64,000 nt of DNA from a virus. Of the stretch, positions 51,546 through 60,982 are shown one piece after another. Under the pieces are notes generated by a model. That model was not told the origin of the DNA, did no database searches, and saw only the letters and a program-made list of their open reading frames with translations. A program made the translations under genes and the position numbers. How positions within the stretch are numbered: position 1 is the first letter of the stretch; each line of letters starts with the position of its first letter. The stretch lies in the IMG/VR virus record IMGVR_UViG_3300020045_002314, positions 1-64,000 of that record; one strand, given 5' to 3'.

Positions 51546-53120
51546 TTAATCAAGGATTATTTCAGAAATACTTTTTATGTATTGTGGTGGATAACTATTT
51601 TCCTTTTGTCTAGTTTGTAATTTAACTTTATCCCTAGATGAATATTTAACATCATCATTAGTAAAGTCATCAAAATAAACATTTACAATACCTACAGTTT
51701 CATTTTCATTAAAAGGATTAATAGTATTTACTCTATTCTTACGTTGTTTATATGAAACTGGATTAGTACTACCACTACCTACAATTGCAAAATTCATATC
51801 TGCAATATCTAAACCTTCATCTAATGAATTTACAGTTACTAATATCGAATATTTATTATATTTAAAGCCATCTATTGTTAAATTTCTAAGACTTGTTTTA
51901 CCAAACATCTTAGGTTTACCAATATTATTACCTGTTTTATAACATATAATCTCTCCATTATCATCTTTTAATACTGTAGATTCTATCTTAGAATGAAAGC
52001 ATATAGCTTTATTACCATGTCGACTATTTATCATATCAGTAATATAATTTGCAGTAGGGATACTACCACAAAATATAATTATCTTTTTATCAATAAATGT
52101 ATCTACTAATTCTAATATAGCTAATTTTTTAGTTATTGAATCATTTATAATACTATTTCTTTTATCAATATAAAATTTAAATTTATCACTTCGAGTTTCA
52201 ATATATAAAGGATTAAATATATCATTTATTGTTTTATTATATTGTGTATCTAATGGTAAATCTTTATGCCAACCTTTTGTATAAGCAATCATTTTACGTA
52301 CTTTATCAGGTTTGATAAAATAATTTAAATGTTCTACCCAATAACCTGATTGACATTTTATTAATAATTCAAAAGTATTTTTAAATTGTATCTTACTACT
52401 TTGTAATCCAACTTGTGTATTAAAGTCCCATGTAATATTTTGCATTTCTGCATTAACAGAATCAAATAATTTTAATGTTTCTGTAATATATTCAGTGTAT
52501 TTAATATAAGCTAATTCTTCATCTTCTGAAAAATTAATTCTATAATTAAATTCTTTATAGTTAGAAATCCATTTATTCTTTCTAGCATCTTCTTCAGTTA
52601 TAACATCTATAATAGGATATACTTTATAAAATTCTTCATTATCTTTAACAGGTGGTAATGTACCACTTAATCCTATTATAGACAATCTTAATTTTCTTAC
52701 AATATTTCCTAATTCAATTATAAAATTATAAGCATCTTCACTAGTATATTTATGAATTTCATCTAATATATACATATCAGATTCAGATACTTCAAAACTA
52801 TTATCTTTATATTTATTTAATATAGTATTAATAGTATATACTTTAAAGTTATGTATTTGATATTCATAAGGGACTGTATTATTATAAAATAATATACTAT
52901 CTTCCCATTGGTGTAATAATACTTCTTTAGATACAATTATACGAATATTAAATGTATCTGTATAACTTTTATCTATTTTAAATTTAGAAGCACATTTTAA
53001 GGCAGTTAACGTCTTACCAAAACGAGGTACATAATCAAATATACCTATGTAATTTAGTTCAACATATCTTGCGACACCCCTTGATTGTCGCATTGTTTTC
53101 GATTCTATTTCATAGTTCAT
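51546..53120 (-). CDS. SF2 DExH helicase
   Basis: PRFGKT, DEIH, GLSGT, IIFCGS, LDEGLDI, QRKNR. Confidence 0.85.
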   Translation of the reverse strand: MNYEIESKTMRQSRGVARYVELNYIGIFDYVPRFGKTLTALKCASKFKIDKSYTDTFNIRIIVSKEVLLHQWEDSILFYNNTVPYEYQIHNFKVYTINTILNKYKDNSFEVSESDMYILDEIHKYTSEDAYNFIIELGNIVRKLRLSIIGLSGTLPPVKDNEEFYKVYPIIDVITEEDARKNKWISNYKEFNYRINFSEDEELAYIKYTEYITETLKLFDSVNAEMQNITWDFNTQVGLQSSKIQFKNTFELLIKCQSGYWVEHLNYFIKPDKVRKMIAYTKGWHKDLPLDTQYNKTINDIFNPLYIETRSDKFKFYIDKRNSIINDSITKKLAILELVDTFIDKKIIIFCGSIPTANYITDMINSRHGNKAICFHSKIESTVLKDDNGEIICYKTGNNIGKPKMFGKTSLRNLTIDGFKYNKYSILVTVNSLDEGLDIADMNFAIVGSGSTNPVSYKQRKNRVNTINPFNENETVGIVNVYFDDFTNDDVKYSSRDKVKLQTRQKENSYPPQYIKSISEIILD

Positions 53121-53125
53121 TGTTT

Positions 53126-55219
53126 TTAGTCAAAAAGTGTACCACTTCTAGCATTTTGTTTTTTGTTTGAATTTTTAAGTTTCTTAGTAATTAAATTGTG
53201 AATATCATCAATTATATCTTGTGTTTGTTTTATATAAAATAAATAATTAATATTATAATCTTTAAAATCATCATATAATATTAAATCATTCATAATTGTA
53301 ACATATTGTTTTTTTAATAATGAGGAACTACGTTCTTTATTATCACCTAATGATTTACTTTTTATTAATACACTACCTGATTTACTTGCATAAAATCTAA
53401 TAGTATGTTGTAATTCATATTCATTAATTAATACTTCATCTTCACCAAAATTAATAAGATTTATTTCTTTAGGAGAATAACCACGACCTATCTTTTGTGC
53501 TATAAAAAAATCATGTATATCTTTATGATTTTTAATAGTATCTATAATAGGTTTATTGTTTACAAAGTACTCATATAAGGCTATAGAGATAATAGGCATA
53601 TTATATCCTTTTTTAAGATAATCATGTAATTTAGTTTTATCTTTTGTAAAGATACCTTTTTCTTTTACACTATCATCTTCTTTAATTGCAATATAATTAT
53701 TTACATCTCTACCAATATATTTTTTATATTTAACAAATTCTAATTCATAATCTAAATATTCAGACCATTTATTACAAATAGAATAATATAATTCAGCTTT
53801 ATCTTTAGGTACTTTAGATAAAATACCATCTGTATTTGCAGATATGACTTGAAATCCATTTTCTGTTAATTCTTCAACTAACATCATAAGTGATAATTGT
53901 CCTGTAATTGTTACCGCATACATTATTTTCATATCATAAAATGGAGAATATTCATCACCAAGTTTACCAAAAATAATATTAACAACAATCTTAAGAATAT
54001 CTGCTTTTGAGGATAAATCTGTTCTTGTAGCTTCGTCTAAAGTTCTATCTTTAGCTTTATGTTTACTATCTAATCTTTCATCTCTTATTAATTTTACAGT
54101 AGGTACAAAATACTTTTTAGGTATATGTTCAGGAGATAATCCATTATTAATAATAATTGTAGGATAATAGGAACTAACATCAGCATCTATTATATCAAAT
54201 TCATCTGTTGCTGTTATAATTTTAGGTCTATCTTCTGAATGGATACCACCTGTTGCAAAATTATATTTAACGTCATTATGTATAAATGATAATGTAAATC
54301 TTTTTTTAGAACCTACTCTAATAGTTGTATTAAATATTGTACTAAATAATTCTTTAAATTTATCTGTTCTAAAAACAATAAGAAAAGGAATTATATCTGA
54401 AAACTTAACTGTATATCTTTCAGTTTGTAAATTTCTATCTAATGCTCGTCCACTAATTTGTTTATAATATTTAGCTAATATTTCAGTTGCTAATTTACTT
54501 CTACTATAACTTTCAGAATATAAACCATATAATTTATTAGCATCTAATCTTGACTTTAATTCTTTATTTCCATAATGTAATAATTTCTTAGTTATTAATA
54601 CGTCATTAATATTATAATCTATTACATTACTTATTTCAGTACTACTAAAATTAGATTTAGTATGTTCATATGGTAAATCTTGTATTCTATAATGTTTTAA
54701 TAAAACAGCTATAAATTTAAGACTTACTGTATTAATATGATTTAGTTTCTGTAAATCAACAGTAAAATACTTAGCATTAAATCTACGTATATTACCTAAT
54801 CGTGTATTTATATCCCAACCTTTATCTTTACCTTCAATAATATCATTTGATATACCTTTAATAAAAGTATTAAAGTTTTTCTTACTACATTTATCACTAC
54901 CATAATATAGTAATATAGTATTTAATAGTAAATCATCATAATCATGATTATTATAACCATATAAAGTAATTGGTTGATTTATAAAATCTACTAATGGTCT
55001 TAAATTAAAATTATTCTCTTCTACTATAAATATTTTACCACCTATAGATTCAATGTATTTTATCTTATCGCTAATTAGAAATTCAGAATGTACACCATTT
55101 ACACAAGTATCATATTGTTCATATGTTACTAATTTATCATTAAGTGTTTTACTAGCAGGAATAAATGTAGCTGTAAATAAAGAATTAAAACATTCTAAAT
55201 CATAAACATAAGCACTCAT
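53126..55219 (-). CDS. polB: DNA polymerase family B
   Basis: ExoI YDLE, GYNNHDYD, YNIND; polymerase motifs DADVSSYYP, K...N..FGK, NTDG. Confidence 0.92.
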   Translation of the reverse strand: MSAYVYDLECFNSLFTATFIPASKTLNDKLVTYEQYDTCVNGVHSEFLISDKIKYIESIGGKIFIVEENNFNLRPLVDFINQPITLYGYNNHDYDDLLLNTILLYYGSDKCSKKNFNTFIKGISNDIIEGKDKGWDINTRLGNIRRFNAKYFTVDLQKLNHINTVSLKFIAVLLKHYRIQDLPYEHTKSNFSSTEISNVIDYNINDVLITKKLLHYGNKELKSRLDANKLYGLYSESYSRSKLATEILAKYYKQISGRALDRNLQTERYTVKFSDIIPFLIVFRTDKFKELFSTIFNTTIRVGSKKRFTLSFIHNDVKYNFATGGIHSEDRPKIITATDEFDIIDADVSSYYPTIIINNGLSPEHIPKKYFVPTVKLIRDERLDSKHKAKDRTLDEATRTDLSSKADILKIVVNIIFGKLGDEYSPFYDMKIMYAVTITGQLSLMMLVEELTENGFQVISANTDGILSKVPKDKAELYYSICNKWSEYLDYELEFVKYKKYIGRDVNNYIAIKEDDSVKEKGIFTKDKTKLHDYLKKGYNMPIISIALYEYFVNNKPIIDTIKNHKDIHDFFIAQKIGRGYSPKEINLINFGEDEVLINEYELQHTIRFYASKSGSVLIKSKSLGDNKERSSSLLKKQYVTIMNDLILYDDFKDYNINYLFYIKQTQDIIDDIHNLITKKLKNSNKKQNARSGTLFD

Positions 55220-56100
55220 TATATAGCTACTTCTAATTCTAGTTTATTAACAATTGTATTAAATGCTAAATTAGGTTTTGTGAATTCAGTACCACTTGTA
55301 GGAATATAATCTATATTACTAGAATATAACTTAGTAAATCCATTAAATAAACCCCAAGCTGTACTACCTTTTTCTAACATTTCTTTTTGTATAGATTTAT
55401 TTATATCTATTAATTGATTTTGTTTTCTTGTAGATAATTCTGATTTAGTTGGATTACGTAAATAATAATCATATACTTGTTCATCAACATTTTCTACATT
55501 AGCAATAATAGATTGTACAAACTTAGATGTAATAGGTATATTATTCATAGTCTTAAATATTTTAATTAATTCTAATTCATATTTAAGAATATTATTAATA
55601 CCTTCTGTATAATTATTTAGTTTATTTACATTAGTTTCAGTATGTTTAAATCTAGTAGCTTCTTTATAAACTTTATTAAATGTATTTTTACAACTAACAA
55701 CTGTATTAGTTGCAGCGAATCCAATACTCATAGTTCCATCATTAGAATTTAAAATACTAATTCTACGATTAATAATATCTTTATAATTAAAGTTATAATT
55801 TTCAATACCAACTGGTTGTAATAATAATTGTAGATATGTTAACCTACCTTCATCTTGATAACCACCTGTAACAGAATATGGTAGATTTAAATCTTTGATA
55901 GAGTTTAAAAGTAATTCAATCATGTCTTCATTTTGTAAAGGTTTATATACACCTTTAACAACTCCTAAACATATTTTATCTTTAAATAAACCAAATGATT
56001 TTGAATGTCTATTATCTTCTGTAATTAATGGTAACTTTTCTATTTTCCAATTTAAATTACATTGTGTTAACAATGAATTTTTAATTTCATCATATGTCAT
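55219..56100 (-). CDS. DUF932 family protein
   Basis: 'LNWKIEKLPL', 'LGVV..YKPLQN', 'NSNDG', 'VSCKN', 'TAWGLFNGFT'. Confidence 0.8.
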   Translation of the reverse strand: MTYDEIKNSLLTQCNLNWKIEKLPLITEDNRHSKSFGLFKDKICLGVVKGVYKPLQNEDMIELLLNSIKDLNLPYSVTGGYQDEGRLTYLQLLLQPVGIENYNFNYKDIINRRISILNSNDGTMSIGFAATNTVVSCKNTFNKVYKEATRFKHTETNVNKLNNYTEGINNILKYELELIKIFKTMNNIPITSKFVQSIIANVENVDEQVYDYYLRNPTKSELSTRKQNQLIDINKSIQKEMLEKGSTAWGLFNGFTKLYSSNIDYIPTSGTEFTKPNLAFNTIVNKLELEVAI

Positions 56101-56342
56101 ACTTTTAATATTTCGTTAGTTATTTCTTTTATTTCTTTTTCAAATCGTAAAAGATTAGTATCTTTAAAAGTTAACACATACTTATTACGTTTTGCAAATT
56201 CAGAATATTTAATAATATTAGTACTTATTAACTGACTAACTTTTATATCTATATATGTTTTACCAATAGATACTTCAAAATTATTATTAATAGTTATAAT
56301 AAAACTAAGTATTTTTGTTTTATCTTTTAATTCTATTTCCAT
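56097..56342 (-). CDS. Hypothetical protein
   Basis: 81-aa ORF with overlaps at both ends. Confidence 0.45.
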   Translation of the reverse strand: MEIELKDKTKILSFIITINNNFEVSIGKTYIDIKVSQLISTNIIKYSEFAKRNKYVLTFKDTNLLRFEKEIKEITNEILKV

Positions 56343-56911
56343 AAAGTTTTTAAATATTCATAATCAGTATTAATTTTAGTAGTATAAATATTATAAACTT
56401 TTTCAAAAAACTTATAATATAAAGAGTGTAAATGAGGATTATTTATAATATACATAGGATGATATATGGTAAATATATATGTACCTTTTTTAGTTATAAA
56501 TACTTTGTTTTTATTAAATGAAATCATAGGTTCTTTATTAAATATTGCATTATGTGCTACTCTACCAAGTAATATTATTACTTTAGGTTTAAGTGTTTCT
56601 AATTCTATATTTAATAATTCTGAACAATTTCTTAATTCAACAATAGTAGGTTTTCTATGATTAGGTACTTTACATTTAACTGAATATGTAAAATAAATAT
56701 TAGATAAATTAAATCCTACTTGTGTTAATAAAAGTCTTAAATAAGCAGCTGATTTATTATTAAAATTAATACCTGTTTTATCATCTTGATAAGATGGACT
56801 TTCAGATAAAATTACAATATCAGAATACTTACTATCAGTACTTAGAATAACACAATTTCTATTTCTAGATACATCACACTTTGTACAATTTTTATAATCA
56901 GATAACAACAT
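56333..56911 (-). CDS. Uracil-DNA glycosylase family 4-like (Fe-S)
   Basis: CTKC, SESPS (GEAPG variant), VKC..P, 'LKPKVIILLGRVA', YHP. Confidence 0.85.
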   Translation of the reverse strand: MLLSDYKNCTKCDVSRNRNCVILSTDSKYSDIVILSESPSYQDDKTGINFNNKSAAYLRLLLTQVGFNLSNIYFTYSVKCKVPNHRKPTIVELRNCSELLNIELETLKPKVIILLGRVAHNAIFNKEPMISFNKNKVFITKKGTYIFTIYHPMYIINNPHLHSLYYKFFEKVYNIYTTKINTDYEYLKTLWK

Positions 56912-58316
56912 AATTATTTTTATTTGCTCTACTTAAAGCTACATATAATAATTTATTACGTAATTCTTCTGCTTTAGGATTATAATAATTATTCTTAACT
57001 AATTTACCATTAGTAAAATAAATAATATCATGTATATCAGTAAATACATTTGTAAATGTACTACCTTGTGATTTATGCGCTGTTATACTATAGTTATAAT
57101 TTAAATCTCTATTAGCATATGTAGTTTTACCATGAGGTGTAGATATAGGTATATCAATCATTGTTAGAATACTATTTTTAAAATCATAATATTCTTTCCA
57201 TTTATCACGTCTAGCACCATGTGTAGCTTTAACAGCAGAGGTGTGTAACGTAGTTAATTTATTAGTATATTTAACTAATGATTCATAATGTTTATGATTT
57301 AATACTTGAAATGTATATTGAGTACTTGCAAATTCAGATTTTAATTTAATATAAAATACTTCATAACCATAATCATTAATACCTTTTACTACATTTGTAA
57401 CTTCATATGTTTCAGAGTTAATTAAAACTAATGTTAGAAAATCATCATATATATTATTATATCCCATTAGTAAATCACCTTTTACTAGTATGTCAGTTGA
57501 TTGAGTTATTTCACGTCTTATATCATAAGCGTAGTTATTAACTGTTTCATTCTTCCATGCTATATATTGAAATTCTTTAGGATTAGATGTAAACTTTTTA
57601 TATAATAATGAATTAAAATCTTCTCTATTTAAAATTATTAATCCTTCATTAGTTTCTTTATTATGATATTTAAAAGCATCACAATATGTTACTTCCTTTA
57701 AGAATGTATCTCTTGATTTCTCAATATCATATCTTAACATTTGTAATAAATCTATTACAGGATTTGTATCTTTTTGTCGAACTATCTCTTTTAATTCTAC
57801 ACCATTTTCACTAAATGTAGAAGATATAGTTTCATTAATTGGAGGTAATTGATATTTATCTCCTACATATATAATTTTTACATTATATAATCTAGCTTTA
57901 GATTCATTTAATTGTTTAAGACTTCTATTCACTTGTGAACATTCATCTACTACTAATAAGTTAAAGTATTGTATTTGAGGATTACCAAAAGGGTCAAATT
58001 GAGGATTACTAATATCAAAATTAGCTAAATCAGTATTAGGTCTAAGACCATGTAATGAATGTAAAGTTTTACCTGTAAACCCTGTTATCTTTTCAACAAT
58101 TCTTACAGCTTTATGAGTAGGAGCAGTTACAGCTATTTTTAAATGACTACATTGATTATTTAAAAATTCATTTAAAACTGTTGTCTTTCCTGTACCAGCA
58201 GAACCACTTAATGTAAATATTAAATTTTTACTTTTTATAAATTCATTAAGTTTTGTGAATGCTGTACGTTGGTCTTGTGTATATGTTATGTTACTTTTTA
58301 AGTTTAGATTAGCCAT
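56898..58316 (-). CDS. SF1B helicase (Dda/RecD2-like)
   Basis: GSAGTGKT, APTHKA, DECS, GDKYQLPP, VRQ, TAHKSQGST, YVALSRA. Confidence 0.92.
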   Translation of the reverse strand: MANLNLKSNITYTQDQRTAFTKLNEFIKSKNLIFTLSGSAGTGKTTVLNEFLNNQCSHLKIAVTAPTHKAVRIVEKITGFTGKTLHSLHGLRPNTDLANFDISNPQFDPFGNPQIQYFNLLVVDECSQVNRSLKQLNESKARLYNVKIIYVGDKYQLPPINETISSTFSENGVELKEIVRQKDTNPVIDLLQMLRYDIEKSRDTFLKEVTYCDAFKYHNKETNEGLIILNREDFNSLLYKKFTSNPKEFQYIAWKNETVNNYAYDIRREITQSTDILVKGDLLMGYNNIYDDFLTLVLINSETYEVTNVVKGINDYGYEVFYIKLKSEFASTQYTFQVLNHKHYESLVKYTNKLTTLHTSAVKATHGARRDKWKEYYDFKNSILTMIDIPISTPHGKTTYANRDLNYNYSITAHKSQGSTFTNVFTDIHDIIYFTNGKLVKNNYYNPKAEELRNKLLYVALSRANKNNYVVI

Positions 58317-58318
58317 AT

Positions 58319-58678
58319 TTAAAATACTTCATTGTTAAAATGTTTAATTAATTGTTTAAAAAAATAAGTAACTGCTAAATCGTAGTTAGTTAAAATTCTA
58401 TCTTTGTTATCTTTCATATAACAAACATATTTTGTAGTATCAGTAGGACTTTCTATACCTATTTTGTATTTATCATTATTATACGTATAAATAGAATATC
58501 CTACTGCGGAAGCAATAATTGTATAACCTAATTGTTCTAAATAATCTATTAAAAAACCTAATTGTACTACAAAGTCTTTATTCAATAAAGTTTCAGTTTT
58601 AATAGAATATTTACTATCTAGGAATAAAGATAAATGAGTATTTACCTTGTCAGATTTTTTAATAATTTCATATTTCAT
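58319..58678 (-). CDS. Hypothetical protein
   Basis: 119-aa ORF with ATGA overlap. Confidence 0.5.
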   Translation of the reverse strand: MKYEIIKKSDKVNTHLSLFLDSKYSIKTETLLNKDFVVQLGFLIDYLEQLGYTIIASAVGYSIYTYNNDKYKIGIESPTDTTKYVCYMKDNKDRILTNYDLAVTYFFKQLIKHFNNEVF

Positions 58679-59004
58679 TTCTTAACTACATCATATTTAG
58701 TAACTATATTAAGTTTATTAATTGTAAAACTTACAGTAATACCTGGTTTAATATCAGCCCAATACTTTTGTAAATATGCTATAGCTGATGTATTAACACC
58801 TGTATTTTCTTTTCTAGTCCATTCTGAATATACTTTATTTTCAGGTCTAGTATATAGAACTTTACTTTTAAGATTTATTATTTCATCAGGTAATAAATAA
58901 ATTGTATTATTAGATGATTTAATATGAAAATTATTATTTAAATATATGACTTTACCTTTTTTTATACTTCCTTTAAGCTCTACTGCATTAAATTTAAAGT
59001 TCAT
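58675..59004 (-). CDS. Hypothetical protein
   Basis: 109-aa ORF in operon. Confidence 0.5.
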   Translation of the reverse strand: MNFKFNAVELKGSIKKGKVIYLNNNFHIKSSNNTIYLLPDEIINLKSKVLYTRPENKVYSEWTRKENTGVNTSAIAYLQKYWADIKPGITVSFTINKLNIVTKYDVVKK

Positions 59005-59006
59005 AT

Positions 59007-59432
59007 TTATGTTTGATTTTTAAGAACAGCTGTTTGATTTTCTTCAAGCTTTTGATTTATAACATTTGCTATTGATTTAATATCATAATCATTACCTGCA
59101 ATATAAATAATTAATGCAAATAATATTTTACTTATTTCAAATGTTTTATTTAAATCAGTTACACTTAAAGCTAATTCTTTAGCGTGTTCAAGGTTTTTCA
59201 ACTTATCTTCATCTGATAGATAGGATAATAAAATTGTTGCTTTATCAACTAAATCTTCATAATAAGATATATTTACATTTAAAACAAAAGAAGTTTGTAA
59301 ATTAATTATTAATACTGAAGTTAAATTATTACGTTGTGTCATAATTATTGCTTCTTCTAATGTAGAATATTTACAAACTTCTTCATTTTCTTTATGTAAT
59401 TCTAATGTTTCTTTTAATAAAATTATATACAT
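59007..59432 (-). CDS. Hypothetical protein
   Basis: 141-aa ORF in operon. Confidence 0.5.
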   Translation of the reverse strand: MYIILLKETLELHKENEEVCKYSTLEEAIIMTQRNNLTSVLIINLQTSFVLNVNISYYEDLVDKATILLSYLSDEDKLKNLEHAKELALSVTDLNKTFEISKILFALIIYIAGNDYDIKSIANVINQKLEENQTAVLKNQT

Positions 59433-59881
59433 TTTTTTATTATTATTTGTCCATTACCATTATATAAATACATACCTTCTGATATTAATAAATCTATACT
59501 ATGTTTGTATCGTTTATTCATAATATCATGAATTATATATTTACCATCGTAAATCCATGTTCCTGTTAATTCAATAGTATCTCCATAATTAAATCCTTGT
59601 TTTAACAAATCTCTACTTATAGCACACCATTTATTTGAAAAAGGGTCGTCTTTAATTATACTACCATCAGCTGTTATATTAGGTGTATTATCACATTGCC
59701 AAACTGTAGGATAATAAACTGATACATCAACATTTAAAGTATCTGTAATAATATTAGATAATTTACCTTCTATATTTACCACACCAACTTCCTTGTCCAT
59801 AGGTAATACGTAAAAGGAAAGCCATATTAATATACTTCCTATACTCAGTATCATTAAGATTTTCAATATTGTTTGTTTCAT
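59423..59881 (-). CDS. Membrane-anchored 3D (Asp-Asp-Asp)/MltA-like domain protein
   Basis: Likely start MKQTILK (59881), N-terminal TM, 'QCDNTPNITADG..CAISRD..YGDTI..HDIMNKRY..IDLL'. Confidence 0.8.
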   Translation of the reverse strand: MKQTILKILMILSIGSILIWLSFYVLPMDKEVGVVNIEGKLSNIITDTLNVDVSVYYPTVWQCDNTPNITADGSIIKDDPFSNKWCAISRDLLKQGFNYGDTIELTGTWIYDGKYIIHDIMNKRYKHSIDLLISEGMYLYNGNGQIIIKKCI

Positions 59882-60275
59882 GTTCTTGATATTTAATTGA
59901 TATTGCTCTATATAAAATTCCATTAAATCTATAAATACTTCCTATTAAAACATCTTTATGTGTTTCTTTAGTCATATAATTATAATCAAAACGATAACCA
60001 TTTGATTTTCTTTTATAACTATAAGTACGATTATCGAAATATCTATAACTACGGTTAGTTCGTATTTTGTTTACACTTTTATATGTAACTGTACGATAAT
60101 GTTTACTAATTTTACGACTTCCACCACCATTACAACTATTAGATTGTTCTATATAATAAGGTTCTATATATAATTTCTTATCAACTATAATAGGTTTATT
60201 ATAACGATATGGAATAAATCGTACAGTTGCTTTAGAACTATACGATTTATCCAATGGTCTAAAGTTCTGACCCAT
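59763..60275 (-). CDS. Basic Tyr/Arg-rich hypothetical protein (overlaps the 3D gene)
   Basis: 170-aa ORF starting 2 nt after the upstream stop; 3' end overlaps the 3D gene by ~119 nt. Confidence 0.4.
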   Translation of the reverse strand: MGQNFRPLDKSYSSKATVRFIPYRYNKPIIVDKKLYIEPYYIEQSNSCNGGGSRKISKHYRTVTYKSVNKIRTNRSYRYFDNRTYSYKRKSNGYRFDYNYMTKETHKDVLIGSIYRFNGILYRAISIKYQEHETNNIENLNDTEYRKYINMAFLLRITYGQGSWCGKYRR

Positions 60276-60277
60276 AT

Positions 60278-60826
60278 TTATATTTTCTTATGAGTTATTA
60301 CTTTAGGATTTAATAGTTTTTCTTTCTTATATCGTTTCTTTAATTGACCTGATTTAGTTGTGTACCATACACCTTCATCTTTCTTACCATCACGTATTTT
60401 AATATGGTTAACAACTTGTTTAGTTTTTTGAAAACCTTTTAATTCAGATTCAGGTTTATTATGTTTACGACTATATTGTTCACTAGGAACTGTATAATTA
60501 CAAGGTTCTGTTACTTCAACACCTTCACTATTCATAAAAGTTCTACTAAACTTAACTTCAAAGCCTTGTTTATATCTTTCATAAATATCACGATATGTAA
60601 ATTGTAATTCATTATCAGGAGTACCACCTACATTTAACTTAGCTTTAATTAATTCTAATTTAGTTAAACATTCTATTACACCTGTTTTAATATTACATAT
60701 ATAAAATTTTTTATTTTTATCTTTAATAAAAACTTCATGTATATTATCTACATTAGGCATTTCAACTTCCATTGTTTCACTAGTAGTTTCTACTTCTTGA
60801 GTAGTTTCTAAATCTTGTTTTTCCAT
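60278..60826 (-). CDS. Hypothetical protein (acidic N-terminus, basic C-terminus)
   Basis: 182-aa ORF. Confidence 0.55.
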   Translation of the reverse strand: MEKQDLETTQEVETTSETMEVEMPNVDNIHEVFIKDKNKKFYICNIKTGVIECLTKLELIKAKLNVGGTPDNELQFTYRDIYERYKQGFEVKFSRTFMNSEGVEVTEPCNYTVPSEQYSRKHNKPESELKGFQKTKQVVNHIKIRDGKKDEGVWYTTKSGQLKKRYKKEKLLNPKVITHKKI

Positions 60827-60843
60827 TGTTTTAAATTTAATTA

Positions 60844-60981
60844 TTAATTACACATTTCTATTAATTCTAATACATAGTCAGGTTCTAATCCTTGTTCGTA
60901 TAAAACATTTTCAGGATTCTCACCATTTTCTACATCTTCAATCATGTTATTTAATATTTCATCTACTATTTCAGGATTCAT
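60844..60981 (-). CDS. Untracked 45-aa acidic protein (MNPEIVDEILNNMIEDVENGENPENVLYEQGLEPDYVLELIEMCN)
   Basis: ATG 1 nt after the upstream TAA; fills the gap; below the ORF-track length cutoff. Confidence 0.7.
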   Translation of the reverse strand: MNPEIVDEILNNMIEDVENGENPENVLYEQGLEPDYVLELIEMCN

Positions 60982-60982
60982 A

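Noticed and set aside
59882-59923. Tracked start (59923) of the 3D-domain gene
   Set aside because: The Met at 59881 gives a typical MK-hydrophobic N-terminus and a shorter overlap, so it is preferred
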